Assembly: GCF_041956535.1 (NCBI RefSeq) | Contig: NW_027192211.1 | Span: 92,469 to 156,468, forward strand | Reading direction: 5' to 3' | Source of the DNA: Calcarisporiella thermophila CBS 279.70 | Lineage: Eukaryota > Fungi > Calcarisporiellomycota | Length of the DNA stretch: 64,000 nucleotides | In this document: positions 26,380 through 38,213 of the stretch, piece after piece | How the letters are laid out: each line of letters begins with the position of its first letter | Numbering within the stretch: the stretch's first letter is position 1 | The notes under the pieces: generated by a model | What the model was told of the DNA's origin: nothing | Seen by the model: only the letters and a program-made list of their open reading frames with translations | The model's database searches: none | Translations under genes and position numbers: made by a program

Positions 26380-27818
26380 TTATTTATGCAATAAACATAG
26401 TTGTGCACGATCAAAATCTAAACTGGATACAAGCACATTAGCAGTTTTGAATGTACTAAGATAGAGCAGATTTATGCCTGCTTTTGTTAAAGGAGTGGAG
26501 ATTGAGTGGATAATGCCATATTTCTCAAGTGTATATTTGCCAAGATCTATCTGAATTAGTCGATACGGTGCCTCGCTAGAATCCATCTGCAGCACATAGT
26601 CATCAAAGCAGCGCAACAAATGCTGGTCTATAACCAGTGAAACGCCCTCTACACTGGCTGTGTAAGAAAAAAATCTCGGTGATGCACTAAAATAATAATG
26701 AGAAATATTAGAACAAAGCTTTGGGATAATATGCGAGAGTTATTTGCAAAATCATATATACTCATAGCCTTCAATCATATCGGGATATAATAAGCATTTA
26801 ATTAAAACTAACGCCCACTGTGACATATATTCTGAGCTCAATCCTACGCACCGCAGCTCCGCTGGAAGCACAACGTTGGAACACTGCACTCCTGCAAGAG
26901 TGGTAGTGTCGGGGTAGGCTGGGCGAGATGAAGGCGGTAGTGGCTGCAAGGTCGCAATTGTAGACGAAGTTTCGCTTGCCTCATCGTTGTCTAAAGCATC
27001 ACTGTCAACCGTAGCTGCAGCAGTGCTAATAGTAGTGACAGGGGTGTGGGGTGGAGTTATCTGGTGCTGCTGCTGTTCTGGGGACGGAGCCTCGGCTGAG
27101 AAAGAGAAAGTGAAACCACGCTCTCTCAGCGTGGCAATAACCGAATGTAGCCTCGACTGCTTTACTATATTTTATATGAAGTGTTAACGCAATCTATATA
27201 GTAATATTGCATTAAAGTATAGATTACAAATAACGAAATCCGTCTGATAGGTTGAAAAATAGAATATTGATATAGAAGAATTTGCTAATGGTTCAGAAAT
27301 ATCGTTAACCCTCTTTCCAGCATTATCTATTTAGATAATAAAAATGTACATCAGTTAAACCAACAAAAATTAGCACGATAAAAGTACATATATACTTACC
27401 GAATCCTGTATTATTGTCCACTTGTAACACACGGTACACTTCATCGCTCACCTCTACGTTACAAACCGGGAGTAGTAGTGGAAGAAACTCATCGTCAATG
27501 ATGTTTGCTTCAGCAACAATTGAAATCTCAAATGAGTTCTCAGTGAAGTTAAAGAAGAACTCAGAGCTGTAAAGAGAGGGAGGAGGGGGGGGAAATGTCA
27601 AAATAAGGCAGTTAATATGTATGAAAATTCATTTATAGATGTATGCCTGATAGAACAAAAATGATATCAGCTCAAGGTAAATCCCTATCATCGCACACTT
27701 ACGGTCCATAGTTGAAGAAGCATGATCGTATAATAGCCGCTGCACAATGGTTCAGGTAGGCTTTAGGGAAATGAAGGAGCTTTAAACGATTGGAAAATAT
27801 ATGAATGTTTGCATTCAT
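26380..27818 (-). CDS. CASTOR/GATSL-family tandem ACT-domain amino-acid sensor, 5 exons
   Basis: FFNFTENSFEISIVA, YRVLQV, ISEPLANSSISIFYFSTYQTDFV, RFFSYT..VEGVSLV, GIIHSISTPLTKAGINLLYLSTF, matching the four ACT domains of CASTOR1. Confidence 0.85.
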
Positions 27819-28143
27819 CGCTTCTTCTTTAAGAGTATATCAATTGTAATGCAAGCCAAAGAGAAATATTATCAAATGTGACTTGGTCGGTGCGTATCTC
27901 GAAAATGGGAAATCATTAGAATAATTAAAAAGCACAAAGATCGTAATCGAGATAATAAGAAATTGGAAAATAGCAAAATAGCAAATATATTTAAATTTTG
28001 TAAAGACTATGCCTGCACCTGGAATAATGGGTGGATGATAGAAAAGGTACAAGGAAAGGTACGTATATACTTTGTTAAAATTGGAAATAAAATGTGTATA
28101 AATATATATATAAATTACAACTATAATATATCGAGCAAACAAA

Positions 28144-30754
28144 TTAAGCGTTTACTACAGCTAACCGTCGCTTAGGTATCGTCATTACCACTACTTCCCG
28201 GTTGTTCATCTCATTTTCCACTCCCTCGTACACTTCGCCTTCTTCGTCAATATTTTCATCGCTATATCCGTCTCTATTGCTCTCGCCACTCAGGTATCCT
28301 CGCCGAGGACCAATATACCCTCTCCGGGTGTAAGGCCCATCAAGGCTTTTAATCTCATCGCGTCTTCTTGCACCGGCGTATTTACTTCTGCCGTTGTAAC
28401 GAGAAAGTATCCTTACCAAAACCGAGCCATTTGGGTACCCATACCAAGCGGCAACAACCCACCCAAGTAGTAAGAACAACATTGCAATGAGATAAACGTA
28501 GAAGAGAAAACGCAGTGATGTCGGAAGAGTATATAATATGAAAGATTCAAATGAAACCAGGAGAACCAAAGCAATAGAGCCTAACCACCGCGCAACCAAC
28601 TGGAACAAGATGACCCATTGTGGAGCTATCTCGTTTGTCGATAAGCTTGAGCTGCCACGAAATGTGCTACTGTACCGAGAGGAGGCAGAGGAGGGGTTGA
28701 ATTTATCCTCCCACATTACAGAATCAATCGCTCCTCCACTACTTAGTGTTTCTCTCCTTCTTCTTCCATCAGCTGTTGCAAGAACATTTCCCTCCTGGTA
28801 TTCACGCTCCCTTGTTGCAGAGTTTGCGTTATTATCTTCTTCTTCCAAAACCGGAGATCGTAGCGAGCGTGCAGGGCGCAATACCTCAAAGGGCTTTTGT
28901 GGCATAAGACTTTTATCTGACTTAGATCTCCACCAATGTACCTGAGGTATTATCATAAACAGCGGTACAAAGCCAATAGCGAATATTACTAAAGCTAGTT
29001 CAATAGGGAATCGCAATATCTCAAGAGGTGGGTTTTGTAGATCTGAAAGAGAGGGTCCATGCAAACCGGCAATGGACGTCCCAAGGGCGCCTGAATATAA
29101 CAATATAAACCCAGCGGTGTACGTTTGTTTCGTCGGGAATCTCGCGAGAGAAATGGCAAAAGGGGCGGCTATACATGCAACGGATATCAAAATTACGTGA
29201 CGAATTAAGGAAGGATCAGTGGAGAAGGCTCCTTCTGGCGTTTTTGATCCATTGGGGGTGGATAGAGGGGGAATTTTGGGAGTAGTGGAGCCGGAGCCGT
29301 TTTCTTGTGAGATGCTCACGCATTTTAAAAATGCTACCGAGACTCCCTCTCCTGTTGCATTTACACCACCGGTCGTCGGAGTGCCTGTATTGCTCTGCAT
29401 GGGATCTGCATTTTCACCATAGATTCGTAACATCCAGGTATCTTTCGGGAACCTACTCGTGGTTTGGCCAGTTTCGTCTAATTCTTCCCCACCAAAGAGT
29501 AGCAAGTTTACAGCCCCCTTCCTAGCATCTTGGATCTCTGGTTTGATTGGGATAAGCCCGGCTCCCACGCGTCTTGTGGGATATTTCTTTGAAGATAATG
29601 GATCAAAAGACGGGATTAGAATATTCCACGTGCCCCCCTCTGCATCTACCACTGCGATCTCCCCAGGCTGCCCATTGCCCAATGAAGATAGGCCTGCCCC
29701 ACCAAATACAAAGGATTGAGTAGCAAACTGTGGCGCGTTTACGCTCGGATTTTGAGCCATAGAAGCTCCAAAACGAGGAGCGTTACATAAACTAAACGGG
29801 TGCCATTGACCACTGTAATCAATGATGTGTATTGCGTATCCATCCTGGAGGGCGCAAGTATTAGTATCCGATGTATTGCAACCGCCATATAGCATTAAAC
29901 GGTTATCAGTTACAACAGTGCCTGCGCTGTCATGACGACCTAACATATCATATTTATAAAACACAAACTTAATAGAACTCTGTGTTCATGTTACTTACCG
30001 GATGGAGTGGGCCCTTGCACATCGACCTTTTTCCATGTAGCTAGCATGTTTTGCGCTTCATACACGTAGCTACCCGAGATGGTCAATCCCCAGGTATCTG
30101 TGAACAACTCCTTTCCATCAGTTCCATGGGATATGTAGAGTGTTTGATTTTCGTTGTTTGTCTTAGAAATATCTATTCCTGATGCCACTCCCCACCTTGG
30201 GCTTGGAGATTCACCGGGACTAATTTTCAGTTGGTACCATCTCTCATAAACGAGATTAAATATCCACACATCACTTAATGCCTTCTCTCCAATTCCTTGA
30301 CCAAGAGCAATTGCCAAATTGTATTGGTAGTCATTTTTCGTGCTGTCGGAGCCAAAAGCCATACAGCAACGAGCTGGTGGAGATTCATTATTCGCAGAGT
30401 ATGAATTGGGTTTACGCCAAATATAAGTGTTGACTTCAAATATCCAAGTATCACTTAGTATTTGGCCGTCAGACGTTCTTAATTTTGGAGAAAGTAGAGT
30501 AAAACATCATTAAGAGAATTTCTATTTATAAACTTTTAAGATTACCTTCCACCGAAAAGGATTACCAAGCTATATTTAGAGATATGGGCCATGGCAAAAT
30601 CTCTACGTGGCAAGGGCATAATACTTTGGTCCGGTAAGCTTAACCATTGAAGTTTTGGCACAGTCATGTTTGACTGGCCACATGTGCAAGTAAGTAAAGA
30701 GATTAGAGAAACAATAGTTGGCCACCAAATCCATCGGCTTAAAGAAGATCGCAT
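28144..30754 (-). CDS. Signal peptide + kelch beta-propeller + about 5 TM helices; receptor-like membrane protein, 3 exons
   Basis: Hydrophobic N-terminus; repeated P.PR..F / LFGG / DTW kelch motifs; TM segments after about aa 500; cytoplasmic tail ending VVVMTIPKRRLAVVNA. Confidence 0.8.
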
Positions 30755-31359
30755 TTATTAAGAGAGCTAGCAGCGCGTAAGTTACTAGAAGAATTAATTC
30801 CAGGAAATACACTTTTTGTGGGAAAGAAGAAAGGGCAATGGGGAAATGGCCTCGGAGGATGGGTATTTGAGGGCTTGAAGGGCGCGAGCATGGCGAAGCA
30901 ATTAAAGTTTTCTTCTGAGTTGTATTAAAGCAAAGCCACGTTTGATTGGATAGTGGGAAGGCCGGAGGTGTAGAGGCGCAGTCACAGGGCCCGTTTGAGC
31001 CCTTGCCCGCACCCTTCTTGCCGATGTACCTCGCTCACGCTCTGGCCTCGAGTCCAGAGTGGCCGAACAGAAAAATTGCTTGAATTCAAGCCCAAACGCT
31101 CCGGTGGCAAAGTCCGTGCAATTGGCTCGGAAGTATTAATCCATGGAACACTACGGTCGGACTTAAGCCCCGAGATATTTGAAATGATTAGAAATGCCTA
31201 CACTGCTGCTTTTCAACCTTTCTTCCATCAAGTGCGGTGGGATTTTGTGCTTATAGAACTTTTCCATTTCTTCTTTCCCCTTTGCCTGCTGCTCATTCAT
31301 ATAAATAGAACTAGACTTATTTATAAAGTGCTAATCACTTTTGTTTCCAACACAATTTG

Positions 31360-32313
31360 ATGTCAAATCCTGATTCTCCCGGCACTTACAAATCATGCCT
31401 TGTCAAATTCTTTCACTTACACCCTCCAGACCCAATAGATCGGTTCACAACTTCCTACTGGGTTCGCCCTTATGTTTTGCTCATCACTCGCACTCTTTCC
31501 CTTAGTTATGCGCTTGCTACATTCATTGGCAGGTTCATTCTTTTACAGAATCGCCTTTATTCGTATATCTTTTACTTCACCAACCTCTCATATATTGGAC
31601 TTCTTCTCTATTTTATGATTGCTTTCATTCTCAGCGTAATGTATATACGGGGTAGCGAGCTACAGTTTCTAAGGGGGGTTTGGGGCCTAATTGTTTGGAT
31701 AATTTATGAATTATTTGCTACATTCCATTTACTTGTTCCGATTGTATTCTGGGCAATACTATTTCCAGCCGCCTTTGAAGAAGGTATAAAATGCATTTAG
31801 TAGGCTTAATTTAATGAAAAATAAGCTAACACTATGTATATTATCCAATACTCATATATAGCTCGTGATGCGAAAATATCCCCTGGCTATACCTGGTCAA
31901 CCATCTCTGTACATGCCCTCGACCTAATTCTACTCATCCCGGAGGTCGTGCTTAATAGAATTCCTATTGCTGTTGCGCACATGATTTTTGTAGTGATAAT
32001 ACTACTTCTATACATGTTTGAAACGTGGATCGTACACGCGCAAACTGGCAAATGGGTTTACCCTTTTTTGAACTGGGATCCACCTGGAAGGGCGGCAGGG
32101 TATTATCTAGGCGTACTTGTTCTCACGCTACTGATCTTTTTGGTGCAATATGCTGTGTACCGGCTGAAAGAATGGACTGCACGGAGAATAGACAGTCGAA
32201 AGAAAGAAAAAAATAGAGCGAGAGAAAATGGAGACGTTGAATCGAATGCAATGTCTGAATTGAGCCCAACCCTTGATTCTATAGAAATGAAGGAGAATCA
32301 TCGTGGACACTAA
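31360..32313 (+). CDS. Multi-pass membrane protein, Rolling-stone / FAR-17a-AIG1-like, 2 exons
   Basis: RFTTSYWV, YFTNLSYIGL, FHLLVPIVFWAIL, SVHALDL, GKWVYPFLNW; about 7 TM helices. Confidence 0.75.
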
Positions 32314-32624
32314 GGAATATTAATTCAACTCTGTATGTAATTTCATTTTCTTTAGTAGCTGTATAATATATTCTATTTACTTTTGCGACTATCTTAAAAT
32401 ATTGAATTCTGATAAAAATGAGAATGAAAGTGTAAACAATAAATCCTAGCGCGCAAGGGAAAAAAAAAACAATCAAGAAAAGAAAATATCTACATTAAAA
32501 TTTACAACATACCAGGAAACATGGGGAAGCGATTTCAACAATATAAAAAGAAAGACAAAAACATGTTAAAAATGAATAACTTGATACACATCTATGGTCG
32601 ACGTCTATTGAATAGAAACCAGTT

Positions 32625-34364
32625 TCATTTATTTGACATTCGTGAATCTCCTTTACGTTGCTGTCTTTTTGTTAAGAGAGTAGCTCTATCCATGCACAAT
32701 TCAAATAGCATTGATTTTACCCCGTTTTCGGAACCACATGCGAGACGATAGGGAGCTTGAAGAGTCTGTGGCACAACACTGTGAAGTTCGTCTAGGTTTA
32801 ATTTATTCAAATTGTCTCCAAGTTGCACGTCGAATGGGTCTCCTTTCTTATGTATTTTTTGAGTATCTCCAGCTTTAAGGACTTCCTCGTGGAGGTTAGG
32901 GCATAGACTGCTATTCTTGATTACAGACCGAGATTGAGATTCGTCTTCTCTTCTCTGAAATTCATAAGTAATGTCAAAAAATTCCTTCATAGCCGCTATT
33001 CCTGGTGAACGCTCATTAGGCAAGGTCATTTCCTTTGATGTGTATAAATTACAGCTGGCCTCGGTGATTCTCTTGGATATATTCTTTTTTATCTTTGGCT
33101 TTTCGGAGAATGGTTCACCTCGGATCCAGCAATGCTCAAAAAACTCGTCAATATTGTATCGTTTGTTTGGGTCGACGCATAAAAGCCGGCTCACTAAATC
33201 CTTAGCTGCATCGCTCACATTGTCCCACCATGGAGAGAGGAATTCGTACTCTCCACGCGCAACTCTATCTAAAAGTGACTGTGCGTCACACTCCTCTTCA
33301 TCGCCATAAAAGGGTGGAAACCCACAGAGCAATGTATATAACACGCAACCCAGAGCCCACATGTCCACTGACTTACTATAGTCTTTGTCATTAATAATCT
33401 CTGGAGCCGTATAGCCTATTGTTCCACAAGGGGTGCTCGTTGAACCTTCCCATAATATCTTAGAGAGCCCAAAATCTGCAATCTTTACACTTCCTATGCC
33501 ACCTCCACCGATACCAGGGATAAACTCTCCTTCATCTTCCTTTTTCTCATCTGGCAAGAGAGGAGAACGAGGCAATTTGCTAGGCACAATAGGAATAGGC
33601 TTAAAGAGTAGGTTCTCTGGTTTGATATCGCTAAGGATTAAAATATTCAATCAAGTCATTTAAAATATTATTGATCAAAGGCAAACTTTTAAAACTTATA
33701 TACCGGTGAGCAATTCCCTTTTCTCCATGCAAGTACTTAATCCCTTCTGCGACCTGAATAATAACATGTCTGGCAAGCTCCTCTGAAAAATACGTGAGTT
33801 CCACGATACGATTGAATAATTCTCCTCCCTCCAGCAATTCCAAAATCAGATAATAGAAGTCAGAGGTTTCGAGAAAATCGTGCAACTCGACTATGGAAGG
33901 ATGATGAAGTCCGCGCATTATTTGGACTTCCTTAAGAACACTCTCCCTCTAGTGAAATTAAATGCAAAAATGTTAGACTGCTTTAAAATCATATAACATA
34001 ATCATTCCATTACCTGTGAGACATTTAGTTCAAATTTTCTTACGATCTTAATTGCCCACCATCTTCCCGTCTCCACGTCAATAGCCTTATAGACCAATGA
34101 GAAAGCTCCTCTATTTCATGGTGCAATGGGTGAGAGTAGTTAAAAAGAAAAAATGATTTCGCATACTCACTCCCCCATTTTTTCTACTAACTTGTATTGC
34201 TCCAGCCCAGGGTATCTGTCTCGGGTAGAGTTTGATTCGTGCAGTATCGCTATATCCTTGGAGTTGAACGGTGTTGTGGAAAGTGTTTGAGAAAGTGTCG
34301 TAGGTGATGGGGAGGGTAGAGGAGAAAAGAGAAAAAAACTTTTTAACTGTTCATAAAACGGCAT
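32625..34364 (-). CDS. MAPK-activated CAMK-family kinase, Srk1/Rck2-like, 4 exons
   Basis: YPGLEQYKLVEKMGEGAFS, HRDIKPENLLF, the family-specific EDEGEFIPGIGGGGIGSVKIADFGLSK insert, TPCGTIGYTAPE, EFLSPWWD. Confidence 0.92.
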
Positions 34365-34781
34365 ATCGAAGAGGTTTTAATAAGAATAAAAATGAAAAAA
34401 GATATAAAAAAGCGCTAGTTCATAATATTGATCTCAGCTTCTGATTTTGATCCAATTAAAATTGTCGATGCGTGCAATGTTTAAATCTCTCGAGCTCATT
34501 TACTAAGATATATATCATAATGTTAAATGGATAAAATGTTATTCATCTAGATTGTCACCTCTGTTTCTCCTCGACTCTTCTTCTTGGACTCAAGTTCAAT
34601 AAATACTATTTCTTTTTAGGGCCATACTTAGGGGGTAATAATACGCAAAAGACCAAATCTAGATGTGAACCCTTGGAAATTCATCGAAGCCACTGTGATA
34701 AAATATTCCAGTCACATTAATTCATAAACAGTCTACATCCTTTGTAACCATTATTCGCATACAACACACTCCATATTAACA

Positions 34782-36358
34782 ATGTCTTTATCGTCTTCCT
34801 CGACGATTATGGACAAAATTTCCAGCATCTTCTCAAGCAAACCTGTGCAATTCGCACTCACAGCTATTCTTGCATCTGGCCTCACGGGATTCGGAATTCT
34901 TTATTACCAGTCAGCAGCACGTCGAGACCGCGCGAAGAAAATTAAACAAGAATTACTACATTCTCACGAGCCTCGGGATCTTTCTTCATCTACTCGATTA
35001 ACAGAGTATGGAACTGCACAATCTAAATTTTCGAATGAGTCAGAGGATCTTATTAGAGAGCAGCTCTCTCGTAACATTTCATTTTTGGGAGAAGAGGGTA
35101 TGCAGAAATTGCGTGGAGCATTTGTAGTCGTGGTCGGTGCAGGCGGTGTAGGCTCTTGGGCGGCATTAATGCTGGCGAGATCTGGAATAGGAAAACTACG
35201 ACTAGTGGATTTCGATCAAGTAACACTTAGTTCTTTAAACAGACACGCAGTTGCCACTCGAGCGGATGTTGGAATTCCAAAGGTTGAGGCATTGCAAAAG
35301 CGAATTGCGGAGATCGCTCCATTTGTTTCAATAGAAGCGCGGGTAGAACTATTTAATAAAAATAATGCCGAGGATATATTTTCTGGTATTGTTATCTTTA
35401 TATATCCGTTAAGCCTTAAATCATTATAACCATTTACTTTTAATAGGCAATCCGGACTATATCATTGATGCAATTGATAATATCGATACCAAGTTAGATT
35501 TGATTAAGTATTGTTATGATCACAAGCTTACTGTAATTAGCTCTATGGGTGCTGGTGCCAAGGCAGATCCGTCGCGAATTCAAATTACAGACATTAGTGA
35601 AACACTGGAGGATCCACTGGCAAGATCAGTGCGTAGACGACTGCGTAAGATGGGTGTAGAAAGTGGGATTCCAGTAGTATATTCGACTGAGAAACCTCAT
35701 CATGTCCGGCTTTTGCCACTTGGTAAGTTCAGGTATTGTGAAAACGTTGCAACTTGTGTGCTTATTTGATGCTACCGTGTTTAGACGAAAACATGGTAGA
35801 AGATGCGGATGAGTTTGCTACTCTCCCAGATTTTCGCGTACGTATTCTTCCTGTCCTTGGCACTCTCCCGAGTATGTTCGGGATGGCTCTTGCAACCTAT
35901 ATCATCCTCAAGTTGGCAAATTTCCCCGTTGAGCCACTCTCAATTAAACTTCGGGATGCTCTATACCAGCGATTGCATCGGGATCTGAAAGTGCGTGAAG
36001 AGAAGATGCATAAAGAACAGTAAGTTATCTATTAGATTATTTCCAACCTTTAATAAGCGCATATTTAAATATCTATATTCTCAGGGGTATCCCACTTGAC
36101 TTGCGCGACGTTGGTTATATATTCGAAGAGATTTGGAGAGGTCGTAGTGCTGTTTCTGGCTCTATGGAAAAACTTGCTCTCACAAGATGGAATCATAATC
36201 TGCCACTTTCTCTCCAGAATTGCGTTTGCATGACAAAACGAGAGGCCGATATACATGATAAACTCACGACACCACCAGAAGAATATTATCCTACTGAAGT
36301 GCTGGAACTTGTAAAACGGCGGTTTGCAGAGGAAAGAGCGGTTGGAACGTATCGATAA
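34782..36358 (+). CDS. TCD2: tRNA threonylcarbamoyladenosine dehydratase (Tcd1/Tcd2, ThiF family), 4 exons
   Basis: N-terminal TM helix; EQLSRN..FLGEEG, GAGGVGSW, DFDQVTLSSLNRHAVAT, DAIDNIDTK, SSMGAG.K.DPSR, FRVRILPVLGTLP. Confidence 0.9.
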
Positions 36359-36577
36359 TTTAAAAATTACTGGTTTTTTGTGGTTCCTGTAGATTATCCT
36401 TCAATAGATATGCTTTTTCTATAATTAAATCATACGAAGGATCTTATGAATGTTTATAGCATTACGATAAGACACCAATTAGGTTAGGATTAAAAAATGA
36501 AAAAACTAACATATATGTATGACTCGTCCCGAGAAGTGAATCCAAGTTTCCTCTATAATTGTTATCAAATTAACACA

Positions 36578-37537
36578 ATGTCGCGGGGAAATAGTTCGCT
36601 AGCCATCGAGCTCATAAAAAATCGTAGGCATTAGATGAGCTTATTACATTTATAATTTTTTTTATTTCTCCATTTGCTGAACTTGTTATGCTTTCATTAA
36701 ATCGAATGTAAAATTTTTAGAGAGAGTCGAGAAGCAAGCCGCTTGTATTATGAGTGCTTGACTACAAATAAATATGGGCAAGAGTATCTCGATCCCGAAA
36801 AATGCGAGGCTAATAATTGGGATCCGATAAAGTAAGATAGTTGCAATTGTGATTGACCAAATGCTTACTTATTCTATAATAGAGCCTCTAATGAGGAAGC
36901 TATGAGAATCAAACTCCTTGTGAAATATTGTAACGATATTAGTAATATGCTTGATAGACGTGAAGCAGATAAAGTGATAGCATCCCTCAAATAAGTAAGC
37001 GATGTAATAATTGTGATCGCAATAAGGAAAGAGAAGTACCATGTGCGACCGTTATATATTATGCGAAATGAAGCCTTCTTGCATTTTAGTCCAGAGAATA
37101 ATAAAAAATATCACACCGAACATTCTTCAGAGGCCTTTCACATTCCGAGACAGGCTCAAATACGGGTTGAAAAGCGATCGAGAAAAGTAAGGGATCCAAG
37201 ATTAATTTTTTGAGGTTAATGACTACCTACGCTCTAATTAAATTCATTGCAGAAAATTGTGTCCTCGGTTTCCAAAGCGGCTCAATGTATTATTCCAAAA
37301 AATCTCCATAAGCAGGCTGGAAAGCAGTTAAAGAGTGTATTATATATAAATCCGAATTTCAATGCTGTGACTAGTTGAGTTTCATTGATATTCGTGCAGG
37401 AACTCTTTTCTTTGCTCAGCGAGGCAGCACAGCTTGTTGGCAGTGAGGTCAGTATCGGCGATACCTATGTCAAGGTAATTGCAGTCAAGATGACAGAGAA
37501 ATCTGTAGCTTTGGAAGTAAATGAAGAGGTGGCATAG
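36578..37537 (+). CDS. Putative multi-exon hypothetical protein
   Basis: ATG at 36578 and a series of GT..AG-bounded open segments (SREASRLYYECL..., KEKYHVRPLY..., KIVSSVSKAAQ..., ELFSLLSEAAQ...EVA*). One junction near 36920-36995 is ambiguous. No family recognised. Confidence 0.4.
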
Positions 37538-38213
37538 GGCATATGGGATGAATACGAAATTGAGTATGATTCAGATATGAAGCTCCGCTGAGATTCTTTT
37601 AATATACAGAAATCATTCGTAGTTTATGTACAGTATATACAATGCTTGTTATCATTTATTTTTGTCAATTAATGGGAATAGAATGTTAATGTCCCCAATA
37701 TCCACGAGGGACTATTCCCAAATGGCGAGTACATAGTAGATTTTCGCTAGACGCGAGTGTTGAAAGGGGAGGGAGGATTCTAATGCACTGTAGCTAATTG
37801 GCGAGGGAACGGCTATTCAACGTTGATTGTTATAGCCTATCAAGGTCCTATTCATCAGCCTAACATTCTTTTGCATACACTCATAGAGTCAAATTACCAA
37901 AAGATAAGCTAATATATGCTAGTCTAACTTCACTTTATGCTCAAATGATAGGTATTGCAAGCATTTCCCCGCCATTCTCTTAATGGGAGCTCACATTTAA
38001 TAGTATTCGCGTATTGGTTCAAAACTCTGATTTTTTGGATTTTACCTACTTTGATGTCAAGTCCTTTGCTGGATTTGTTAGAATCCTAGCTTCAGAAAGG
38101 ATGCTTGCGATTAATTCCAATTTGGTCAATTGTGACTACTCCCTACTTTATCCTTGGCAACGCATCGCGTTGAATTTGCTTCCATTGTCTCATCATTCTC
38201 TATTACTCTTACC

